Assembly (NCBI RefSeq): GCF_006345805.1
Contig: NC_042998.1
Coordinates: 75,020,001-75,084,000 of the forward strand
DNA length: 64,000 bases
Reading direction: 5' to 3'
Source: Octopus sinensis
Lineage: Eukaryota
A program made the translations under genes and the position numbers. Below, piece after piece: positions 53,823 to 64,000 of this stretch. Within the stretch, counting starts at the first letter, position 1, and the number at the start of each line of letters is the position of its first letter. The notes below the pieces were generated by a model. It was not told the origin of the DNA. It made no database searches and worked only from the letters and a program-made list of their open reading frames with translations.

Positions 53823-54197
53823 TATATTGCTGTATTTAGGAATGGTCATTTTGCCAGTTTAGCCAATAAAAACACACGCACTATATATTTGGTGTTACTT
53901 TGCTTCAGCGTTATTTATTTTTAACATTAATCTTAATATTATTTCGGCCAGAGTTCTTTCGTCACACTCTTGTGACCTAATCAGTGGACCTTTGCTTTCT
54001 TCTTTCTTATTTGTGTGTCTCTCCTTACTAACGGCCAGCCATTTTGTGTTGTGTAGTGTGACGAAAGAACTCTGGCTGAAATAAGATTAAGATGAATGTG
54101 AAAAATAAATAACGCTGAAGCAAAGTAACACAAAATATATAGTGAGTGTTTTTATTGGCTAAACTGGCAAAATGACCAATCCTAAATACAACAATAT
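53823..54197. repeat. ~145-bp inverted repeat of a PLE pLTR-type sequence
   Basis: 53823-53968 is the approximate reverse complement of 54055-54197; related to 5620-5830. Confidence 0.88.
53946..53990 (-). ncRNA. Hammerhead-like motif with one core substitution
   Basis: GGTCCA CTGATTA GGTCAC-aagagt-GTGAC GAA AGAACT C^ TGGCC. Confidence 0.6.
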
Positions 54198-54228
54198 CTG
54201 TTTCAACACACGGTTTCACATCAAAAAT

Positions 54229-54278
<50 letters not shown>

Positions 54279-54289
54279 TTGTATGTATG

Positions 54290-54830
54290 TACCTTCTGTT
54301 AAGTTGTAGGATATTCCTGGAATATCTCTGATGCTGAAATCCCACCGTTCTATCAAGCTGCACAGCGGTAGTGACCATTTGCGTTTTGCAAGATTTTATA
54401 GTAGACTGCATATCTTTTAGTGTAGAAGGAGGTTTTTGTAGACATTCAAAAGTGCTGAGGACCAAACACAGTTTCGTTCGGAAACTGTTTCTAAATTTAA
54501 AACATTTAATAAAGTCAATGGTCACCACCATAAAGTCCCTCGCTTACATATTCTGCTTAGGTTGAATGTTGCAGAAATATGTACCGAATGTGCCACCAGC
54601 TAAAGATGTACAATATCAGAAGGTGTGTAGATTAAAGGGTAATAATGTGAGAACCTTTGTACTGATATAATAATAAAGGTAACTTTGAGTCTGCAGTCAT
54701 CGATCTTGTGAGGTCAATAATTATCATTGCACCTGCATTGATAAAAGGTAAACAAAATACTTCAATGCTGTAGACATTTTCAATAAACCGTAGATTGTAT
54801 TTCATTTTTCTATGCAATCTTTTACTCACA
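54290..54830 (-). mobile_element. Possible PIF/Harbinger (ISL2EU-like) transposase relic
   Basis: KCFK..KQFPN (frameshift) ..FECLQKPPSTLKDMQSTIKSCK resembles P..FK..FP..RVIIDCTE..IQKPSSL..Q..TYS.YK. Confidence 0.4.
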
Positions 54831-54939
54831 TCTCTCTCTTCTCACCCTGCCACGTTTCCTTCTCTTTCTATTTAACAAACGTTTCTTGAGCTCAACTTCA
54901 CATTTTGAATGCATCAATGAATAGGTGTATAAGAAGTTC

Positions 54940-55021
<82 letters not shown>

Positions 55022-55103
55022 ATATGTTTGCATATCTGTATATGTATATATGTATATATAAATATTATATATATATATACACACACATAAATATAGTTTT
55101 ATA

Positions 55104-55139
<36 letters not shown>

Positions 55140-55767
55140 TATATATGGATGGATGGGTGGATGGATGTATATTATATATATACCTAAATATAGTGAGAAA
55201 GAGAAATATTTAGAATAAAAGCAGAAAATCATAGATTCACACAGGTTTCGCACTTTAACTGTGTTCAACATATTTCATTAAAACGAACGCCATTAAATGT
55301 ACAATTAAATTGCAGTGATATACAGATTAGTAAACTTGAATTATGTTTAAAACCTGTGTGTACTCAAAACCAAAGGAATGGTAAATGATGTGTTATTTAT
55401 AATAAAACTTTACTAGTGTAATCATATCTATTGAGAGCGAAACACGTAAAAAAAGAAAAACCGTTAACAAAACAAATTCTTTCACATTTTCTCAAAATTT
55501 CTAAATAGTTATACCGAAATGAACATGCAATACACGCTATGAAAAACATCGATTCTAAAATGGATTGGGACATTCGAAGGAATTTTTTTAGTACAATGCT
55601 AGATCGTCTGACATGTTTACAGATGATTTTGGTTTACAGAAGATTTGAGTTTATCATGTTTACAGAAGAGTTGGGTTAGAGTCCTACGGGAAGCTTTCGA
55701 TATTTTCTATAAAATTTACAAGATATTTCAATTTCTACTTTAGTAAATATTGTACATACACACACAT

Positions 55768-55897
<130 letters not shown>

Positions 55898-56430
55898 TAC
55901 AGATATATATGTATATGCTTATAAATGCATGCGCATATGCATATATGGTGAGAAATATGAACGTACAAACACACAAGAACAACCACATTTATATAAAAGC
56001 AGACATAAACACGTATGCAATCATACATGAGTGTGTGTATGTGTGTGTGTAAAGATAGACTGGTAGAGTGAATGAATTGAAATTCTCATATCGATACAGA
56101 CACTTACAAATACACGAACATAAAATCTGATACAATACAAAACGTTAAACAATACAATATGTAGGATCGGGTGAGTTAACAAAATTATCAACATTTCTAG
56201 TGTCAAAATATCATGGGGGCTGCTGGTGAAAATTATCTATGTGTGTATATAAATGAATAGAGATAAAGATTAAAGCTATGCGCGTAAATATATATACACA
56301 ATCACACAAGTGTATATAAATTTAATTACGCATACACCTACATACAAACATATAAACCTAGACACACCATAAAATATTCGTACACTTGTATTCATATATA
56401 CATATATATATATATGTCTATGTGTGTGTG

Positions 56431-56484
<54 letters not shown>

Positions 56485-56519
56485 GAGAGGGGGGACAGAA
56501 AGAGATAACACAAGTACTA

Positions 56520-57650
56520 CAAAGTTTTCAACAAGTCAACCGTCAAACTATCTTATTGAACCGCGCCTAATTTCGCCTCTATTATAGCAACATTAAATCG
56601 CTATAAATTAAACCTGAATTATATTTATTCTAAATATATCAAAAATTCGATTATTTACAATAATTGTCCTGTTGACTACATTACTTCTAATAATATCGAT
56701 TGTAATCTTAGTCGTAGAATGGGTAGGATTCTTCGAAATTACAATACTATTACACATAGTAACATTACCACAAACATAAATACTAATAAGTCTGGGAATA
56801 ATGGTTTTGAGAGTATTAATAAAATTATAATTATGGCGATATAAATAGCAATAAATATGATTTTGAGGCAAATAACAAAATGAGTAAATGCAGCGCAGAT
56901 GATTCTTATACAAATTATATAAAGTCGAGGATAAACAATGTTACAAACAATAACACATTTCCTTCCAATAGCAACGATAACATCTTTCTTACCTGCGTCT
57001 AAGAACTCTTTCTTTTCGAAGATCTATATAATTGTAAAGCGAATATAACTAAGGTTCACAAATTATTTTTAGAACACATACCCGGTCTAAATTCTATATT
57101 TAACATTGTCCCGAGGGAGATCAAAGAGGAAAAGGATCCCATCAACTTCAAACAGAGTCTGGATAGATTCCTTCAAAGAATACCAGATAAGCCACCCATA
57201 ATTGCATACAACTCACCCAACAAGAACTCACTACTTGAACAAAACTTGACTTAAAAGGATTCGAATAATCCTATCAGGTGGTGCTATGAAGTTAGACATG
57301 GCCTGGACCAATCTCTGGTCGAAACATATCTAAGTTTATCTAAGTTTATGCTTCTTCAAATTCAAAACAGAAAAAGATATTACTCATATTGCCATTTATT
57401 TCCTAAAGATACCCTAAAGAATTCTACACCCTTTGCTGCATATATTTTCAATTTGAAAGCTAAACACATTCCTTATAATTTAGAATGATCTATTCTTTAA
57501 TTTGAAAAATCTTTTCAAAGTAAGAAAAACTCCACCGGCCATGTACATATAATATCCTAGATATCATTAAAGCTGATTAATGTCATATGTTCGATCCCAA
57601 ACAGGAGATTAGTATGAAATGTCAACTCTCAAACTTCCGTCTTTTTCCCC
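56520..57650 (+). mobile_element. Naiad-type PLE linker plus GIY-YIG relic, interrupted by a LINE 3' end
   Basis: TAPNFASIIATLNRYKL and RKRYYSYCHLF..LKNSTPFAAYIFNLKAKHIPYNLE*SIL parallel TTPNLGSIIASINRSKL and KRRYRNRLNSF..KSSTTLTAYIQELKLKNIQYTLSWSII in the element at 58300-60960. Confidence 0.65.
57098..57348 (+). mobile_element. CR1/L2-group LINE 3' end nested in the PLE relic
   Basis: FNIVPREIKEEKDPINFKQSLDRFLQRIPDKP..NSLLE, a GACCA/TGGTC hairpin and an (ATCTAAGTTT)2 tail. Confidence 0.75.
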
Positions 57651-58299
57651 ATTACCATATCTGGAATTCATGATCGGAACTATGATATGGACATAGGTGC
57701 AATGAAATCTGGGATTATATTGTCAGTTTAACCAGTGAGGACCTATGGCCCAACGGCTAGGCTTTGCATTCACGATCCTGAGATTGGGTTGGGGGGTTAT
57801 TGCTGCATCGGGTGAGGCGTTGTATTCTTGAGCAAATCAATCTGATGATGCTCTGTGGTTACCACGAGCAACTATTTAGTTAATGTCGAGTTGATAGAGA
57901 ATATGTGGTAATGTGCATCCTAAACACTTGTGCAGATTGATCACCAAGAAGTATCAGAACCGTCTGTATTTGACCTTAGAGACTACCATACTATCAGTTT
58001 AACTAAGCTGTTACACATAGATTTACCTCTATAGTTAAGATCATTTCTATATATTTTAGGAATCTTAATATTAAATGCATAAATCTTTTACAGGTACATT
58101 TTATATAATCTTTAACTCTTATTTTCTTTTGTAGATGTATATATCACGATTTCTAAATTTATGTAATAAATTACATTAATGTATACATATATGCAACTTA
58201 CGTATTGACTTACGTATGTCTGTTTCTATACTGAGAGACAAAAATGGAAGAGAAAACATATTTTTTATCTCTTTCAGCTGATTTCATCCTTTCTCCCTT

Positions 58300-60960
58300 T
58301 TCCTCTGTATCTAGATCATTTGCACCATATTTATAAAAGACTTGCAATATGACAAAAGACATAAAATATTCTAAATATACTAAACTATTTCAAAAACAAC
58401 TCTCTGAAACCATATCTAAAATAGATGCCTCATAATATGTACATGCGTTTATTGATAAAACTAGGAACCTCTATGCATTATCTATCGAAACCTATCATAA
58501 TTTACTACAAAAAGACCTTAACACCAATTACAAACACACTCACGCAAACGCATTGAATGATATTAATAAAACATATTATAAATTAATAAAGGATTTGGAC
58601 CTACTCAACAGAACTGAACCATACGTTCCGAGAACACCACGTTTAATACTGAAGGACCGTAAACCCAAATTTCAAGCTAAACCTTCTGTCGGATTCAAGC
58701 ATCATTAGTAAAACCATTTTAGATAGAGTGTTACCCAAAATTAAAGAGAACGTAGAGCTCCTCCTCTGGAACTCAACTGGTGACGTAATTACATGGTTTC
58801 ATTCCCTCAGGGGCAAACATCATATTAAATTCATCCAATTTGATATTTTCGATTATTACGTTTCAGTAACACCTAAATTACCGAGTGAAGCATTATCATT
58901 TGCCCAAAAACTGTATCACAATTTCTGCATCTCATATAGACATAATCGTGGCTGCTAGAAAGACCCTTATAAGGTTTCATGTTAAAAATTGGACCCGTAA
59001 TACTAACTCTGACCCTTCTTGATATAACAATGAGATCCTCGCATTCAGCTCAATTAACAAACCTTGTTGGACTATTTCTTCTGTCAAACATTAAGCAACA
59101 CTTCCCTAACATCTCCGGAGGCCTCCATAGAGATGGCACGCTTTTGGAAACTAAAAACTTCTCCCGTCTAGAGATTGAACGCACTTAGAAAATTTAATAA
59201 AATTCTTTAAAAATTATAATTTAAATATAGTGTTGGAAATAAATCTTAATATATCTCATTTTGTACACGTCACACTTAATCATAAAATCAATCTCCACTA
59301 TCCATATACGAAACCAAATCAAACCCTTCAGTACCTAAACGTTCTTTCTAATCATCCTAGATCAACCCTCGATGGCATGCTAACGGCTATCCCAATTAGA
59401 ATCTCAAACTTATCGGCGAACGAGGAGATATTTAACACCCAGGCTCCGTATTATAACTAAACCTTAAAGTTAAGTGTTTTTAAAAAAGAAATACTTTACA
59501 TCCCTGATACAATTCTTCAGACAAAAAATGTCAAATATCTTGAATGGAACTGGCTCACAGTCTAATAATACGACCTCCAATTTAGGTAAACCAATTAAAA
59601 ACACTGTATGAATGAAGCCCGAATTAATAACATGGCATTTGGGAATTCACATAAATATAAATATAAATCCTACATCGACATCCAATCTAATCAGACCAAA
59701 ATATCAAAATCTAGGAAATGTGGAATTATATGGTTTGCCCCGCCCTTCTCTCTTCAGGTCAAATCTTTTACTCAAATTGTTTTTTAACATACTGAAAAAA
59801 TTGTTTCTTAAAAATCATAAATATTATTCTATTTTTAATAAATTATCTGTAAAATTGTCGTACTCAACTACTCCGAATTTAGGTTCCATCATAGCATCCA
59901 TCAATAGATCTAAACTCAGACTTAAGAAATTTATCTACACAAATCTTTAAAATGAACTCTATAATCCCCAAACTGGCAATAGCTCTAGCGTTAACATTAC
60001 GCCAGGTCAACCTTCACAGGTCAACCCCTCTAATAACTGGAAAATTAATAATGATGTGAGGGTGGGGAACATGTCGAATAAAGGTGTTATGTCCTTTAGC
60101 TGGTTCCTGTTTACGTAATAACGTAGTATATAGTTGTTCTGTAGAAATCCCTGCTACACAGGGGTTAAGAATTCATATAGGAAGCACTGTAGACTTTAAA
60201 CGTAGGTATCGGAACCGTTTGAACTCTTTCACTAACGCAAAATATAAATCTTCTACAACGCTAACCGCGTATATACAAGAACTTAAACTAAAAAATATAC
60301 AATACACATTATCTTGGTCAATAATACCAGAAGCACCGCCATACAATACAATTACGTGTGTATGTAAATTGTGTATTCGAGAGCCCATAAATATACTTCG
60401 TCGACATGGACCTACATCATTAAATAAGTTCTTGGATGCTATATTTCCTTGTAACCATAGATACCATTCAACATTTAAATATTTTCGTAAATCTAGCGGA
60501 AATAACCATTTAATTTTTAATTATCAATACTTCGATTAATTTCTATACTATTGCAATCCTGTAACCTCATATTGACCAATTATTATCTTCTTAACATTTA
60601 TAAATTCTCTAAATTACATTTCCCATAATTCTTTATTATGATACTTCCTCCTCCTGTTAACAACTTCACCACCCTGTATAACTAAATCTCATCTACCCAG
60701 TACAAAGTCGCACGAAATATGAATTCTAAATAATATACTCTCTCATGGATTTTTGGAGTGAAAATACCTTTAAAATTAATGGATTACTGTACCCTTGAAA
60801 CGGACGGCCGTAAGGGGATTATCACTAACAGTTTCCCTAATCAGGATTACTTATTCTCTTGGATTATTTACATTTGTGTTTTGAAATATTCCAACCTCAA
60901 CGCTACGATGTTTTTTATTCGCTCTTCGGAAGACTTTACTTTATTCATCTTTTTTTTGTA
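58300..60960 (+). mobile_element. Penelope-like retroelement (probably Naiad clade), RT plus C-terminal GIY-YIG, decayed
   Basis: DKTRNLY, LKDRKPKF, FIQFDIFDYYVSVT, LDITMRSSHSAQLTNLVGLFLL, GLHRDG (cf. GLYRDDG), PYTKPNQTLQYLNVLSNHP, VKLSYSTTPNL and EN CPLAGSCLRNNVVY..HIGSTVDFKRRY..CKLCIRE. A degraded HHR 3' half GAA..ACGGCCGTA lies near 60797-60812. Confidence 0.9.
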
Positions 60961-61192
60961 AAACACTTGTATTTTTAATAATTTTTACTACGCCGTTCTA
61001 AAATAATTTCACTCATCTATTTATATATGTATATTAGATTTTTATATATTTGTGTATTCATGAATTTGTAATATGATTTAATATATTAACGATTGATACA
61101 TTGGTATATTCTAAAGACTGATATGCATTGACCTACGGCAGAATGCATGTACAATTATATTGTTGAACCTACCTAAAATTCTCTTTAACATT

Positions 61193-61236
<44 letters not shown>

Positions 61237-61715
61237 CGCGTTTGTGTGTGTGTGTGTACATATACATGCACACATAAACATTGAAAAGACAGAAAGAACA
61301 AGCAAAATGCGGTAACACTTTCGAAAGTATGATTTATAATTCATTATAACTCAAACATGATTTGAGATTTGTTGGCGAAATAATGCATAAAGTTTCTTAC
61401 AACTTTTTCTAGTACAGCTATGCATGTGGGATCTAGGTCATTGAGCAAAGATTTCCATTTAACTTAGCTATTCCGTCTTAAGAGTGTAAGAATCAAGGAA
61501 TATCTGTCCCTCCATTCTCTATCCTTTAGGATGTTTTCTACGCGTTATTCACTATTCTTGTCTTCTTGACCCTAAGGTCATATTTTGCTTGACTCTTCGA
61601 CTTTGCTCACCGTCCCAAATCTCTCTCTCTCTCTCTGTTGTTTTGCTTTGTTTCATTTGCTCTTGGCCCTGAACTCTCCACAAAAAATTTACGGGTACCG
61701 CAAATATGGGAAGAT

Positions 61716-61785
61716 CTCAGTCTTACCATTAATGGTGCGAAACCTCGTATTACCAATTGGTTGATAACTGATGAAGACTTGGGGA
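61716..61785 (+). ncRNA. Candidate circularly permuted (type II order) hammerhead
   Basis: AGTCTT accattaatggt GC GAA AC-ctc-GT A^ TTACCAA-ttgg-TTGATAA CTGATGA AGACT. GAAA precedes CTGATGA and stem I is closed as a hairpin. Confidence 0.5.
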
Positions 61786-61922
61786 CTTTCTATGTTTGTT
61801 TCCCGTCTGGTTGTACACTCAGTATACCTTATGTCGTTTGTTTATTTTTGCCATGCATTTTTTCGTTTATTACATATATATGTGTGGGTGGGTGGGTGTG
61901 TGTGTGTATGAGTGTGTTTCTG

Positions 61923-61977
<55 letters not shown>

Positions 61978-62139
61978 ATGCGTGCGTATGCATACATATA
62001 TTTATAGATATGCGATATATACATATATTATTTATAACTTCATAGTAGGATTTATGGGTAAGATCACGCTTGTAACTTTTATCAAGTAGTCAGCATGCTA
62101 TAAAAATTTATAGGCAATTTATACATTAAATTAATGATT

Positions 62140-62380
62140 ATATACATATGTATATGATTGTATTAAGAGAGCGAAGGCGAAAACGATCAGTCTCGAACGT
62201 GCTTGAAATGCCAGGACAGTCAAAACTACCAAAAAATCCAGATTAAATATACGTTTTCAGTCATGTGTATGTTTAATCTGGAGTTTGGGTAGTTTTGAGT
62301 CTCCCTCGGCACTTCAAGCATGTGAGATATGGGTCGTTTTCAACTTTGGTCCCTTAATATAGTTATATACATATGTATAT
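62140..62380. mobile_element. Fold-back/MITE-like element with ~110-bp diverged arms and a ~14-nt loop
   Basis: The arms share TATTAAG, GAAAACGA, TGCTTGAA.TGCC, TCAAAACTACC and TCCAGATTAAA with their reverse complements. Confidence 0.8.
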
Positions 62381-62389
62381 CATTATTAA

Positions 62390-62442
<53 letters not shown>

Positions 62443-62671
62443 GGATGCGTATATATTATAATATCCAGGGCAGTTATTGTCCGTTAAAGACACCCGCTTT
62501 AATGAGAACAAAGAGGACATCCTTCAACATACGTAAAAGATACATAAAATTCTGAGTGTCTTAAGTAAAAATAGTATCTATTTAAACAGCGGTGCATCAG
62601 CATGGCCGCAGCTCTGAGCTGAAACTAGAGAGAAAAAAATATTATAGATATATTCATATATGTAAGTATGC

Positions 62672-62734
<63 letters not shown>

Positions 62735-62754
62735 ATATATATACATATATAGAC

Positions 62755-62812
<58 letters not shown>

Positions 62813-62882
62813 GCATACATACATACATATATATATATGTATGTATGTATCTATATATATGTATATATATGTGTGCGTGTAC

Positions 62883-62925
<43 letters not shown>

Positions 62926-64000
62926 AGTGTGTATACGTGAAAGTGTAAGTAAAATACGTACACGCAGTCTATATATATAGTTTTACTTACCCACGTGACC
63001 ACTATTTGAATTTTTCTTTCATCTTCTGCAAATCTTAAATCATCAAATCATTGATATTGCTTCCCTTTGCGTTTTTATTTTATCTGTCCTTTCATCACAT
63101 TATGATATATTGCCGTCCTATATGTTTCATCAACTAATACTTTTACACTCTCTCATCCTTCATTCTCTTGTTACCGAAAAGTATACATATATGCATGTAT
63201 TAACGCACGCGCACACACCCACACTCACACACACACACACACACTCATATATAATTCACAAGTTTACTTGACATCTTCATCTATGTTTAAAGTATTTCAA
63301 TCATATTAATGGACCCTTCTATATTATCTTGACTTCAGTTTATAGATATATGTGTGTGCATGTGTGTTTGTGTGTGTGTGAAGAATGTATGTGTAAGTAA
63401 TCACGTGTATATGTGTACACTTTCCCTTTGAGTATTTCTTCGAAACATTATTTTATTCAACCATCAAATCGTATTGCTTTCATTATATCTAACTATAATT
63501 TGATAGGAAATCTTAACTTCTTTTTCCGTCATTATATATCTTACAACACATCAAATATAGACAAATTTTCTCACGATTGATTCGTCGGTGAAATGTTATT
63601 TCGGAAATCATTACATACACATGACTCCATTTATATATATATTTAAAATTAAATTCAATAAGTGCATGACGAGTAAATAAAAACTGGCTTTTTCTCTTTT
63701 ACATTGATATGTCAAATTTCCCATATTCTCCTATGGCTTAAGTGTTTAAGACTGTAGTTTAAAATCTTTTAAACGAATATTTACTATCATTTGAAACGAG
63801 GAATATATTAAGAAAAAACTGAAATACTTCACTACAAACATAACATACTGAAATATCTCTTACCACCTACTTATTATGTTTCAAATTGCTTGTTGTAATG
63901 TTTTAATTAAATATACTGCGTTTTTCTGAAATAACTTTACTACAATCGAAATACACCCACAATACTTCTAATAAATGTTGTTGCTGTTTTTTTTTGTTTT

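Noticed and set aside
60051-60100. In-frame TGA upstream of the Naiad EN cysteine motif, suggesting a possible selenocysteine
   Set aside because: The element has many stops and frameshifts, the TGA is not at the expected Cys position, and no SECIS was identified.

Overview
This is AT-rich, microsatellite-dense animal DNA with no convincing host protein-coding gene. Most ORFs in the track are translations of (TA)n, (TG)n, (TATG)n, (AGT)n or (TCTA)n. The repeat content resembles a coleoid cephalopod (Octopus-like) intergenic or intronic region; this is an inference. Recognisable elements are a full-length Tc1 copy, two mariner relics, a compact Ty3/Gypsy provirus with both LTRs and a 5-bp TSD, hAT, Helitron and PIF relics, RTE and CR1-like LINE 3' ends, several tRNA-derived SINEs, and many Penelope-like element (PLE) pieces, including Naiad-type RT plus GIY-YIG. 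The main signal not visible in the ORF track is about 12 hammerhead-ribozyme (HHR)-like motifs (CUGANGA...GAAA, mostly with a palindromic stem III) from several unrelated repeat families. They occur as a tandem pair 468 nt apart, as an outward-facing pair in 220-bp terminal inverted repeats, in hairpin loops, downstream of a tRNA-like Pol III cassette in a PLE 3' region, and once in a circularly permuted order. All structures were read by eye; no folding or database searches were run.
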